A stretch of 64,000 nt of DNA, taken from the human T2T-CHM13v2.0 reference genome, Homo sapiens. A program made the translations under genes and the position numbers. Shown here in pieces: positions 13,623 to 28,610 of this stretch. The stretch lies in assembly GCF_009914755.1 (NCBI RefSeq), contig NC_060925.1, one strand, 5' to 3'. The notes below the pieces were generated by a model that saw only the letters and a program-made list of their open reading frames with translations, ran no database searches and had not been told where the DNA came from. The stretch's first letter is position 1; each line of letters opens with the position of its first letter.

Positions 13623-15339
13623 GTGAGTGGCTCTTCTCTTTGTTCTTTTAGATCTCTAGGAATCACACTCACTCTGCTAGGTATGAGAGGTACTTCCAGT
13701 TCTAGCCTCTTGGCTGTGGGCTGCAGGGATTTGGGCCAGAACTAGGGTGAAATGAGCTGGGGTCCAGTGCTTTACTCACCTCCCTCTAGTCCTGGCCATG
13801 GCAGGGACACTCCAGTATCACATTCTTCTCCGCTTTGCCACCTCCCTGCTTGATGGGCAAGAAGACCATGCCCTGACTCTCTCAAGGCAATGAATTATCC
13901 CTTTACTATTGAGCCTTGGGACAGAAAAGGAGAAGATAACTGTGAATGGAAAGTATATCATTCTCCTGGTTCTGGCCACAGGTGCTCAAAGGCCCCCACT
14001 GGAAGCACTGGAGGCAACGATGGGAAACATATTTATACTAGAGTGGCAACTAGAGAGCTAAGGAGATGCTCTGCATTAAATAAGAATGCCCCTGTATCTT
14101 TTACTTGGATTGTAAACTATCAAATACCTAACTTGTTTTTCTTCTTTTTACTGGAATTCTAATATAATACAGAAAGCTTGGTTTCATATTAGACTGGAAA
14201 GTTATATTTTCTTCTTTAATCATGTCTATAATCATTCTATAATCACCTATAAGGGAGGTGATGCTTGTGTACCTAGCTTGTAATTTTAAGCAAGAGTGTT
14301 TTTAAAGTGGCTGGGGGAGGGTGGTCTCTGGAGCAGTGTCATGAGATCCAGCAAACTCCCTGAAATTATGACAAAATGTGTATATATGCACAATTGTGCC
14401 TTCCACTAGGGAATGAGCCTATAAGTAAATGTCAAAAGTTAAAGGCCACCTATCCAGGCAATTATAGTCAAATCCTTGTTCCAGACTCAGTAATAACTGG
14501 TGCCAGCATTTCTTATCTATCTCTAGCCCTGTCGTTATTATCAATTTGATTACAAAAATCTTATTCCTCAAATATTTCCTAAATCAAACTGATTGCATCT
14601 TCCTCATCTTCACTGAAAATCTTGCCCAGTCTCAATATAAAGGAAGAGAACATTTGGCCTCCAAGAGGGCTTAGCACTGCTTTCTCGTTATCAATACTTA
14701 TGGCTCCCACTGTCCACACCTACTTTCTATTCTAATGGTAGAACTTTCAAAGTGGTTAAAAGGTGTAGAACAGTTGTCTTTAAACTTATCTGATCACTTG
14801 TGCTATTGAGAACAAAAATTTTGAGCATGTACCTCCAATGTATTATACAGACACTGATACAAATCCTACATTGAAATGTTGTGAATGTGCTAAAATATAC
14901 ACAAAACAGAAAACTTTTAAGGTTAAAAAGTGTTTAATATAATCTGGAAGTTCTCAATGCCTTCTCCCCACTTCCTTATGGATCCCATTTTGAGGACTGT
15001 GGATGTAGATCTGGTGAGAGGATGGCCTCTCTTCTGAGACAGGACCCTGGGAGCTACCCCTCCTCCATGGTCTCATGGCTAGAGGGATAGGCTGGGAAGA
15101 CAATCTAAACAACTTTCATGCCCTTTTTCTGTATTCCATTCTTCCCCCATGTATGACACTGTCTTTCATTACACTGAAGTTAATGATTGAAGGTTCAGGC
15201 CTTGGGGTTAGGCTTTTTAGCAGAATGACAAACATTTTTCCAAAGGCTTAAATGCCAGGTCTGAACCCAAGCTGTTATTCTCAGTTCTGGAATAACCCCT
15301 TTGATACTCATAAATATCTGGAGAGGAGAAGATTTAAGG

Positions 15340-15790
15340 AATGTTTACAGCTGTACATGACACTGTTCAGAGCAGTTTAACATTTAGTCCTAGTAGCAAC
15401 CCTATGATACAGTACTACAAATAGCACCTGTAAAGTAGGTAGTATTATTATCTCCATTTTACAGATGAGGAAAGAGAAAGCATCGAGCTGTTAAGTGGCT
15501 TGCCCAAGGTAACTCAACACATAGAGCTGGAATATGAACCTGGTCACTCAGGCTCCAGGGTATGTGCTTTTAACCACCTTGCTACACTTCCAATCTCAAC
15601 TGTGCCAGTGAAGAGTGGTACCAATAATAGCTACCATTTACTGAACCTCTCCAAAGTGAGGGGTACTTGTATCGCATTTCATCTCCATGAGAACTCTGTA
15701 AGGTAGACATGATTATTCACATTTTATACTTGAGAAAACTGAGAACCAGAAATAGCAATTGATTTAGCAAGATTGAGATCCAGAGATAGT
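15340..15790. mobile_element. MIR fragments (two)
   Basis: MIR core motifs ccattttacagatgaggaaa / ttgcccaaggt and attttatacttgagaaaactgag. Confidence 0.7.
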
Positions 15791-16149
15791 AACTGAGTCC
15801 ATCCCCCTAACCCATGCTCTTCCTACCACTCCTGCTGCCCATGTACATCTGGAGATCAGGAGATGATGAGATTTCTGTGGGCTGCGGTCATTCCAGAGGG
15901 CAAAAGAATGTGGAGGAAGTGCAGGGTAGGATTGTTATGGAGCATCAAACAGCAAGGTGGTCCTGTGTAATGTTCCTCAGCGTGCTCTCTCGCTATTAAA
16001 AACACTCAGGCAAGTGAGGTGGACCCTCTACCCAAACATTTAGTTCCACCAACCCCACTTGCCTTAATGCCCAGCAGGTGATACTGGCTTCCACCCAGCC
16101 CTGCCCTCCTTCACAGCTGGCCCCTCCCTGTGGTCTCATTTTTACATAG

Positions 16150-16437
16150 GGATCCCTGTGTCTGGGGTGCTCCTGGAGACCCAGCCCTCAGGGGGCCAGG
16201 CGGTTGAAGGGGAGACGCTGGTCCTTGTCTGCTCCGTGGCTGAAGGCACAGGGGAAACCACGTTCTCCTGGCACCGAAAGGACACGCAGGAGAGTCTGGG
16301 GAGGAAAACTCAGCCTTCCCCAAGAGCAGAGTCGGAGCCCCCTGCCATCAGGTAGAGCCATGCAGGAGGATACTACTGTACAGCAGACAACAGCTACGGC
16401 CCCGTTCAGAGCACGCTGCTGAATGTCACTGTGAGAG
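16150..16437 (+). pseudogene. FCRLS: FCRL Ig exon (D4 type) with in-frame TAG at 16353-16355
   Basis: tag|...|gtgagc, 288 nt, phase 1-1. Translates IPVSGVLLETQPSGGQAVEGETLVLVCSVAEGTGETTFSWHRK...AIR*SHAGGYYCTADNSYGPVQSTLLNVTVR with both Ig cysteines and the core Trp. Confidence 0.95.
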
Positions 16438-16852
16438 GTGAGCGGCATGGTCTGAATCTGCTAGCCGGCGGCTCCCTGCTGGGGTCAGTTTCCTTCTGTA
16501 GCAGCGAGGATGCTCCAAGGTGACGACAAGAAACAGGGCGTGAGGAGGGTAAGAGGCCCTATGGGCACTGTAGTCTTGTGATGGGGGAGGTGGTGGCAGC
16601 GGCAGCGGTGGCAGAGAGCTAGAGGAGGGTGAGAAGGTGGACGCGGGGCCATGTATCCCGAGCTCTTCACCAGAGCCCAGCACAGCTCTGCCGGAAGCAC
16701 CCCTGCAGGGTTAGACCAGCAGGTGCGAGGTGCGACGTGGGAAAGAGTCCAGGGCCGGCGGGGTGCTATGAGGCGAGGACTTCCTGAGCCGAGGACCGGG
16801 TGGGTTGTGAGTTGCGACCAGCCTCGCTGACGGACCCTACTACCTCTTTCAG

Positions 16853-17131
16853 TTCCAGTGTCGCGTCTTCTCCTCAGCTTCATTGCTCCTGGCGCCCTGG
16901 CCTTCATTGGCCATGTGGTGGAGCTTCACTGCGAAGACAGGAGAGCGTCTGCACCCATTCTGTTTTGGTGTTACCATGAAAATGTGACTCTGGGGAAAGC
17001 CTCAGCACCTTCTGGAGGAGGAGCGTCCTTCAACCTCTCCGTCGCCGCAGAGCATTCTGGGAACTACTCCTGTGAGGCCGACAATGGCTGGGGATCCCAG
17101 CGCAGTGAGGTGGTGGCACTCACGGTCACAG
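16853..17131 (+). pseudogene. FCRLS: FCRL Ig exon (D5 type), frame still open
   Basis: tttcag|...|gtggga, 279 nt, phase 1-1. VPVSRLLL...VELHCEDRRASAPILFWCYHENVTLG..SAPSGGGASFNLS..EHSGNYSCEADNGWGSQRSEVVALTVT. Confidence 0.95.
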
Positions 17132-17280
17132 GTGGGACATGGCAAACAGCTCCTTCCAGAGAGCTTGTTGCAATTATACCAAGCAATGGCTGGTGCTTCC
17201 TTTCCTTCGGAAATTTCTGCTCCTCGAGGAATCAGAGTTCCTCTAGAAAGCGCCTTAATGCTCCAGGGCTCTCCCTGTAA

Positions 17281-17628
<348 letters not shown>

Positions 17629-18099
17629 TGATCTTAACAGCAGCATTGCTGGCGAACCCCTGGTCTCTCCTGTTCCCTTTCACTGAACTAGTAAAACGTG
17701 TGAAATAGATACTGGGTATTGGGCACTGTGCTAGGGTCAAGTCAGCGTTGGGAGTCAGGTCGGTAAGGCAAGAAGAAAGGAGGAAGACTTCCCTGAGAAA
17801 AATAAGGAAGTATCTTGCACATGCAGAGCTCCAGGGAGGGAGGAGGTACAACTAACCCTTGTAAATACAAGTAGAAAAACCGTGAACAGACTAGATTCTG
17901 GGATTTAAAATTTTACTAGAATTATCTCACTTAATCTCCATAACAACTCTCATTTGACAAATGAGGAAATAAAATTTAGATTAAGTAACTTGCCCAAGTT
18001 TACATAGCAAATAGGTACAAAGATGGAACTTTAGGCCAGGGCTGCCTGAATCAAGAAACTGTGCTCTTAGCCACAAAGTTAATATATTATGACCGTTCT

Positions 18100-19740
<1,641 letters not shown>

Positions 19741-20612
19741 AAGTCTACCTTTTCCCAGGGGCTTTGCTGTGATCATAGTAATTGTGTGAGATGGGGCATT
19801 TTGGTTGCAAATGACAGAAGTCCCATACAAACTGGCTTGAGGGAAAAAAAAAAGCAAAGTTGGTGAGAGGGGTCAAGAATGGACAAGGCTTTGTGTGCAA
19901 GTGGATGCAAGGGCTCTGTCTTTGTTGTCCACCTTCTTTCCTCTGCTTTCTGCCATTAGCTTCATTCTTAGACAGGCAGAGCTGGCCACTGATAACTCTA
20001 GGCTTACATCTCTCCTTTCTGCTAGAGATCCTAGAGAAAAGAGTTTCTTTCCAATGACTGTAGCTTAAAACCATAAAAACAAGACAGGCAGATGTTAGAG
20101 ATTAACCAGTCCGTGTAAATGTGTCCATCCAACTCCTACCACCCCCTTCCCCAGAGAAAATGGGCCTGCCATTGGTGAAGTCATCAGTGTCATACAGAGC
20201 AGTTTTTAAAAGGAAAATGCATAACTCAGTTGACCTTAGGCCTTTCCTACTCTAGGCCTCAGTCTCTATCTCTAGGAAAGATCTAATTCTAGCCTTCTCT
20301 GTTTCTAAGCTTTTTTGAGCTTGTGAGAACCAAACCATAAGTCTCTATGTCCCCACGTCCCTTTATCGTCAGAGTGGAAGCAAGGGCTCCTTTTTAGGTA
20401 TCATTGAGTGGGGGGCATTGGTGGGGCGAGATGCTCGTAAAATGGTGATTGGGATAGGGCAGATCTGAAGCTCTGTACTTCCTTATTTTTGCAAGTACCC
20501 TAAGCCCACATCACACAACATCACCAACACCAACATCAAACAACCTCTCTTAACACTGGGAGCTGCTTTAAGAGTAAGTTCCTGAGTGTGCTCTTACCTC
20601 TTCTGTTTGCAG

Positions 20613-20933
20613 AGCCCCCGACCAAAGTCCGTTTGATTAATGGTCCTCACCACTGCAAAGGAAGAGTGGAAGTGGAACAGGAAGGTCACTGAGGTACCGT
20701 GTGTGATGACAGCTGGGACATGAAGGATGTGGCCGTGGTGTGCCAGGAGCTGGGCTGTTGAGCAGCCAAGCACACACCTGCTGGCATGTTGTATTCAAGA
20801 GTGGCAGAAGAGGCCCAACCTGTGTTCATTCAGGTTGCCCTGTGCCATAGGACAGAAGAGGCACTGGCTGAATGTGAGCAAATTGAGACCTTTGACTGTG
20901 GGCATGAGGAGGATGCAGGAGCAGTGTGTGGTG
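20613..20933 (+). pseudogene. FCRLS: Group-B SRCR domain exon with two TGA stops
   Basis: ttgcag| then [54 protein letters not shown]...ALCHRTEEALAECEQIETFDCGHEEDAGAVC. 8 Cys. TGA at 20690 (Trp position) and 20759 (Gly position). The expected donor reads ttgggt. Confidence 0.95.
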
Positions 20934-22118
20934 TTGGGTAATGGCAGGGCTTGGGGAGTGGTATTTGTGGGCTAGCCCATCTCCAAGATCCTTCCTTGTG
21001 CTGCCACTTCCAATTCTCCTTACTACTCACCATTGCCCCCTCCTTCTTCAGAACCACTCAACCACTCTACGCAAAAATGTGCTCAATGCAACACCATTAC
21101 TTCACTTAAGCTGGTCCAGAGTTAAAGGGCTCTCCTATAATCTATGCTAATATTATTAGACTTTATCTGTCATCTCAAAAGACAAAACACTGGTATTTTT
21201 TGTGACTGTGGGTTGAGGCATAATGCTAGGAAAATAATTATAAAATCATAGAATTATACAATTTGAGTGATTTTCATCAAGATCACACTGCTTATATTGT
21301 TCTATAATCTCTTCAGCTTTTCTCAGCTCTCTCCCCTAAACAACTCTGCTCATCAAAATGAATCTCTGGATTCTAATAGGGACTAGGAGGAGTTGGAAGA
21401 ACACAGAGTCTGTCAAGAAAGCCAGGCCACAAGCTGTAAAAGACAGAGCTACCTAAGGGTAGAGGTAAAATGAAGAAATTCTGGGACCACTGCAGGTTCC
21501 AAAGCCTCCATAGAGCCTTGACTGGAGTGGAAGCCAGTAAGATTGACTGCTCTCTCTAGCTGCAGCCCCAGCCCCAGGCTCCCATGGAGCCCTCCAGTCC
21601 CATGGGCCAGAGCTAATGAGTGGCCTTTCAGAGGTCCTTGGTGAGAAGAAAAGTCTTTAAAACACTAGGCCAATGCTGAGCTTTAGGACCTAGTAAGAAC
21701 CTGTGACTTGTTCAAGGAAATTGACTCAGTACTGGGCACTAGCAAGGATCCAAGATTTGGAGTCAACTGTTCAGAGCTAGAGGTTTACCTCCCTGACTAG
21801 CCAGCCATGTAGGTAGCAAACTTCTCCAAAGCTTATTATCTTTGTCAGAAAAGTGGGATACCATCTAGCCAAATTTCCTCACAGAGTAGGACAAGATCAA
21901 GCAAAACACACTCATAAAGACCTCTTGTGGAGCAAAGTCTGGGAAGAAGTCCCTGGGCTGCTTTGGGATGGTCCGGATGAGGGGATCCAGTCTGAGGCTT
22001 GGGGCCAGGATCCATCCTTAATCTGGGCCTCTCTTCTCCTGGGAGATCTTATAAGCTTGCCTGAACAGTACTTCACTGGGTCTCCCCACCTTACCACCTC
22101 TCCCCCTTTTCTCTATAG

Positions 22119-22141
22119 CATTCTTGCTTAATACTCTTTGA
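22119..22141 (+). pseudogene. FCRLS: Probable short terminal coding exon of FCRLS ((V)LLNTL*)
   Basis: Strong pyrimidine tract ...ctctatagcat|TC TTG CTT AAT ACT CTT TGA. Resembles the mouse Fcrls C-terminus as I recall it (VLPSTF*). Possible poly(A) signals ATTAAA at 22521 and AATAAA at 22885. Confidence 0.55.
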
Positions 22142-22555
22142 AGATCTGGAGACTGGGGATCAGCAGGCCCATATCCTCACTGGCCTCACAGGCCTGGAGA
22201 GCACCACAACCCCAGATGGACTTTAAGACTTTACTTGTGGCTCCCCCATCCCCTCTGCAGGACTGTAAACACCACTCTCCTGAGCCAGTCTCAGCCCCAC
22301 CTGCATTAAGGGAAAAACCCAACTCCCAAAGAAGCTGAGCTTAGTGAAATTGTCCCCCACATTGGCATCTTGGCCAAGCAGGCTTTTCTAGTCTTTTCCA
22401 GAAGTGCCTGGCTGGGAATCTCAGTTACTGTCTCCTTGGCAGCCTGAGATGGAACAAGCAAGAAATAACCTGAAATGGGCCCTACATCTGGTAGAAATGT
22501 GGACATATAAAACAGACAAAATTAAAGAAAATATGGGTATTTAATCTCCTTTCTT

Positions 22556-22858
22556 TTTTTTTTTTTTTTTTTTTTTGAGACGGAGTCTCGCTCTGTTGCC
22601 CAGGCTGGAGTGCAGTGTCGCAATCTTGGCTCACTGCAAGCTCCGCCTCCTGGGTTCACGCCATTCTCCTGCCTCAGCCTCCTGAGTAGCTGGGACTACA
22701 GGCGCCCACCACCACGCCTGGCTAACTTTTTTGTATTTTTAGTAGAGACAGGGTTTCACCATGTTAGCCAGGATGGTCTCGATCTCCTGACCTTGTGATC
22801 CACCTGCCTCGGCCTCCCAAAGTGCTGGGATTACAGGAGTGAGCCGCCATGCCCGGCC
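22556..22858 (-). mobile_element. AluY
   Basis: AluY diagnostics (ctgcaagctcc, ttcacgccatt, aggatggtctcgatctc). 15-bp TSD ttaatctcctttctt. Confidence 0.95.
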
Positions 22859-23593
22859 TTAATCTCCTTTCTTAATGGCTTGGAAATAAACTAGGTTTTA
22901 AAAAAGTTATTTTTTCAATTTTTTAAAAATTACAATGGTAAAACACATTGGAAAAAAAGTGGTATAGAAGAAAGAAAATAAAAGTCAGCCAAAATTCTAA
23001 CACTCAGAAGTAACTGCTGTTAATGTTCTGAAACTTCCTGAAGGTCATATAAGGAATAAAAATAACACTTATATATTCTTCAGTAAAATAATATATAAGC
23101 ATATATTAACACATATATTTGAATTTATTGTACCATAATCTATATATTATTTTAGCGTTTATTCAATTTAACAATGCAACATTAGCAGACATTCCATAGA
23201 TATAGAAAATACATACCACATGCACATATATGTATATATGTATGTATGTGTATTTACAAAACTTCCCTCTCAAGAAGATAAATATTGATTCAAAAAGGCC
23301 CTTTACTAGCTTTGGGAGTGCAGACTTAAGGGAAGGTAGAAGCCACATGCTTCATGATGCAACACACTCTATGAGTCATCAAAACTCATTTACTGTTTAA
23401 TCAGAGGTACATGTTGAATTTTTAAAACATCTTCCCAGTGTTATTTTTGTTTCCTTTTAACAATATGGTGGATTACATTAACATCTCCTAATAATAAATA
23501 ATTGTTTCAACCCTACCTGGCTGTGATGTATATTAACATCCTGCTGAATTCTCTTTGGTAGTATCTTATATAAGACTTTTACACAGATATTTA

Positions 23594-23710
23594 TTTATTT
23601 ATTATACTTTAAGTTCTAGGGTACATGTGCACAACATGCAGGTTTGTTACGTATGTATACATGTGCCATGTTGGTGTGCTGCACCCATTAACTCATCATT
23701 TACATTAGGT
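23594..23710 (-). mobile_element. Extremely 5'-truncated primate L1PA 3' end
   Basis: ttatactttaagttctagggtacatgtgcac... with 14-bp TSD tacacagatattta (23580-23593 / 23711-23724). Confidence 0.9.
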
Positions 23711-23887
23711 TACACAGATATTTATAATGAGGATTTGTCTGTAGCCTTTCATTCTTTCTTTGAAAAACTTTGATATCAATGCTATATTGATTTCTTATTA
23801 TGTTAAAAGAGTTCTTTATGCTTAAAAACAATTTGAATGCTACTAAATTTTATCAATTCCCTTGAAGATTTTTAAAAAGTTACCATG

Positions 23888-24274
<387 letters not shown>

Positions 24275-25061
24275 TTAACTGTCTCTTCTTACATAAAATT
24301 TAGTAATTTATATTTTTCTAGAAAAGTATCCATTCAATGTAGGTGTTCAGATGTATATTTATTCATTGCCACTCCTTTCTTGATTAGGCTATTCAGTGGC
24401 ATATCAATATGCTTTTCATGGAAAAGCTTTTGAGTTTATTCATATTCCTTATTGTGAGGGTTTTTTTTATTTTACTCATAATGTCTGCCTTCATCTGAAT
24501 TATTTTGTTCATATTTTTGTAAGTTCTTAAGATTAATACTGGGTTCATTTATTTCCATTTTTTCTTGGTACTCATTCCAACTGTTTCATTAATTTTCCTG
24601 AGAACATATTTTAGTCATATCCTTCAGGTTTGGATATGTAGTGTTTTGGTTATTACTATTTTCAGTCTGCAACATCAATTTTATTTTCTTCTTTGATCTC
24701 AAAGTTGATTTAAAGGGTATTTTTTATTTTTTATTTTATTTGGTTTTTTTTCTTAACTTTTATTTTAAGTTCAGGGGTATATGTGCAGGTTTGTTATATA
24801 GGTAAACTTGTGTCATGGGTGTTTATTGTACAGATTATTTTGTTAGCCAGGTATTAAGTATTATTACCCAGGTATTAAATATTATTTTTCCTGATCCTTA
24901 TAGAGGGATTTTTTTTTAATTACCTGGTGATAATCTTTTCCCCTAATTTTGTGATTTAAAAAATTCATTGCATTTGTGATTTTTAAACATTTTCTTTGTG
25001 ACCTAAAATATGGTTAGTTTTTGTAGGTGTTCCATGAGTAGTTAAAAGAAAGTGAATTCTC

Positions 25062-25351
25062 GGCTGGGCGCAGTGGCTCATGCCTGTAATCCCAGCACTT
25101 GGGGAGGCCAAGGCGGGTGGATCACGAGATCAGGAGATCGAGACCATCCTGGCTAATGCAGTGAAAACCCGTCTCTACTAAAAATACAAAAAATTAGCCG
25201 GGTGTGGTGGCGGGCACCTATAGTCCCAGCTACTTAGGAGGCTGAGGCAGGAGGCTGAACCTGGGAGGCGGAGCCTGCAGTGAGCTGAGATGGCGCCACT
25301 GCACTCCAGCCTGGGCGACAGAGGGAGACTCCGTCTCAAAAAAAAAAAAAA
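25062..25351 (+). mobile_element. Alu (AluY-like)
   Basis: gagatcgagaccatcctggctaa. TSD aaagtgaattctc on both sides. Confidence 0.9.
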
Positions 25352-25664
25352 GAAAAGTGAATTCTCTGTTGCTAGGATCTACTGTTCAATATGTATCTAT
25401 TAGGAACTTATTAATCATATCACTCAAATCATATGCTTCCTTATTTTTTATCCACTGGATCTTCTAGGTCTACGGGTGTCATTTGTTATTATCATTGTGC
25501 TCAAGTTTGTTTCTGTTTTTATTTCTGTTTCCTCCAGTCTATGTGTCGGTTATTTTGATGCCAAGATATTCAATTTCAAAGATTTTTGAGGCCTAGAGAC
25601 TTCTCATATATTTTAACCTCCTCCACTTTCATTTGGTGCTTTTTGCCTTGATATGACTTTGTCC

Positions 25665-25965
25665 TTTTTTTTTTTTTTTTTTTTAGAGACAGAGTCTCGC
25701 TCTGTCACCCAGGCTGGAGAGTGCAGTGGTGTGAACTCGGCTCACTGAAACCTCTGCCTCCTGGGTTCAAGAAATCCTCCCAAGTCAGCCTAGGATTACA
25801 GGTATGCACCACCACACCTGGCTAATTTTTTTTTTTTTTTTTTTTTTAGAGATGGGGTTTCACCATGCTGGCCAGGCTGGTCTCAAACTCCTGTTCTCAG
25901 GTGATCAGCCTGCCCCAGCCTTCCAAAGTGCTAGAATTACAGGCATGAGCCACCACACTCAGCCT
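25665..25965 (-). mobile_element. Alu (AluS-like)
   Basis: Antisense Alu with an expanded middle T tract. Confidence 0.9.
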
Positions 25966-27046
25966 TCCATTCTTTTACTTTTAACTTTCCTGAGTCACTT
26001 TCTTTAAGATATGCCCCTTACACGTAATGTAGAGTTGAGTTTTGGTTTTGTACTGAATATAAAATTATTTTATTTTATTAAGCGTGCTTGCCTTTTTATG
26101 CTGTGTTATCTGTTCTCTTCTTAATGCTTCGTTTGTTTTTTGTTTGTTTTGTTTTGTTTTACTTACTCTTCATTTTGTAACCTCAGACATAGAGTTAATC
26201 CCTCAGTTCATGGCTCACTCACTTTATTGGTCCATATGAATTTTCGCTCTAGTTTATTTATTTCCTTGTGTCTTTACTTACTATTTCCATTTCCCAGCCT
26301 CCCAATAACTTCATGATGATACACATACATGTATCATTTTCCTTGAGACTTTTTAATTTACATATGTTATTGGGCATTTTTCTCTTGGCACTATGTTTTG
26401 ACCCATCTATTTTGTTATGTGTACATCTAGCCCATTGCTCCTAACTTCTGCAAGTTGTTCCACCATGCTTCCCTTATCTAATCCCAGTGAAGGATATCTA
26501 GATTGTCCCCAACTTGTTACTACTACAAACACTGACACCTGCTTTTTCATGTCACACCATAGACCTGTGTGAGAATATCTCTGGATATATACCTGAGAGA
26601 GTGATTGATGGAAGAAGTAATGCCAAGTGGTCCCCAAAGTTACTAGTGCCCCCAACAGGGCAAGAACATTCCCTAACCCCACATCCCACTCAACCCTTTA
26701 GTGTTCTAACTTTACCAATCAGATGAGGATAAAGAGAGATCTCAGAGATCTAATTGGTGTTTTATTTCCATTTTTCTAATTATCAATAGGCATAAGCATC
26801 TTTGCATGTGCTTGTTAGCCTTTTGAGTTTCCTCTTCTATGAAATAACCATTTTGTGCCCTTTGCCCATTTTGTTAATATAATTTCTGGTTTTTCCTATT
26901 TGGTATATAGGAGCTACTGCTTTTTCTATATAAGTTTCTTGCTTGTTTTAGGCTTTGCAAACATTACCTCCTACTCTACCATCAGTCAACTTTGTCCATA
27001 GTGTCTTTTATTGAGCAGATTTAAAAAAAAAAAAAATTAAGCTATA

Positions 27047-27372
<326 letters not shown>

Positions 27373-27908
27373 TTAACATATGTTTTTAGAGTTTTGTTTA
27401 GTCCCTCTTGACTCCAAAATCGCAAAACTTCCCTTAATTTTATAGTTTTACTTTTTATGCATTGGATCTTTTGGAGTCCAACTTTACATTTGATATTAGG
27501 TATAAGTCCAAATTGTTTTCCCTTAGAGTAATCTAGCACCATGTACTAAATAGGCCAGGTCATGCACTCCCCATTATTTTGTGATGTCAACCTTAAGTGT
27601 GTGTGTGTGTGTGTGTGTGTGCACCCAAGGTCTATGATCTCTCTACTCTGTTCCACTGATTTATTTATTTGATCTTGCACATACATTGTACTGACTTAAT
27701 TGCCCTGGACTTCTGATCTACCTTAATATCTGATAATATAAAACCACTCTTTGTTCTTTTTTATCAAAGTTAACCTGGACTTTCATAGATTTTTATTATT
27801 CTATAAAATTTTAGAGTAAGTATATTAAATGGCTAAAAAAAATCCAGGTGAACTTTTTATTGGGATTTTATTACATTTATAGATTAATTTGAAAGAACAC
27901 AGGGAGAA

Positions 27909-28610
27909 ATTCCTATCACATCCTCCATTCAACTCACTTATTTGGTTTGTGCAAATGACAGGTGTATTTTGAAGAACAGCAATTGCAGTGGCTGCTCCAG
28001 ATGTGGTTTTGTTTGACAGAGCAAATCATCTTGCTACTAGCACTCACCATGCAGCTTTTGACCTGGAAAATGCCTTTTTTTTAACCTCAATTCCTGTTAA
28101 TTGAGACCACCAGAAGCATTTACAATACACTTTATTGTCCTAACTTTGAGCTATATCAGCTTTTCAGCCCTCTGTCATAGAATCACAAAGACCTTGATCA
28201 GTTTCTCTTCTTCATAGGACATCACACACTCATCCATTAGATCAATGGCATCATACTGATTAGACCAATTGAGCACAAAGCAGCAACTCTAGACATCTGG
28301 GTAGGAAATATACATGCCAGAAGGTGGTAAATAAATCCCATTTTGGTGAAATTTCTAGTGGTCCAGGGTTCTTAGACATGTCAAAACATATTTCCCAGGG
28401 TGAAGGACACGTTTTGTAGCAAAGCCATGTCCACCTTTGTAGATATCTAGTCTCCTTTTGAAAACTTAACTTCTGACTTGCTACTAAGTCCTAATAGAGA
28501 CTGAACCCTTGACCATGGGCCACAAAGTTGCATGTGACCTTAGCTGCCTATCATGAAGTGGTGTTATTTGACTTAGTAAACCAACATGTTGGCATGCACA
28601 GAAGCACTCC
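27909..28610 (+). mobile_element. Degenerate ERVL pol (reverse transcriptase) fragment
   Basis: Decayed, frame-broken matches to ERVL RT motifs: IPIT..PFNS.IW.VQ, IAVAAPDVV, DL.NAFF..IPV, QYT..VL, SALCH, DIT.LIH.I. Confidence 0.7.

Noticed and set aside
16858-17280. 140-aa ORF as a standalone gene
   Set aside because: It is the D5 exon read through its donor into intron. The start is an internal GTG.
20727-20975. 82-aa ORF over the SRCR exon
   Set aside because: Wrong frame. The SRCR homology is in the frame containing two TGA codons.
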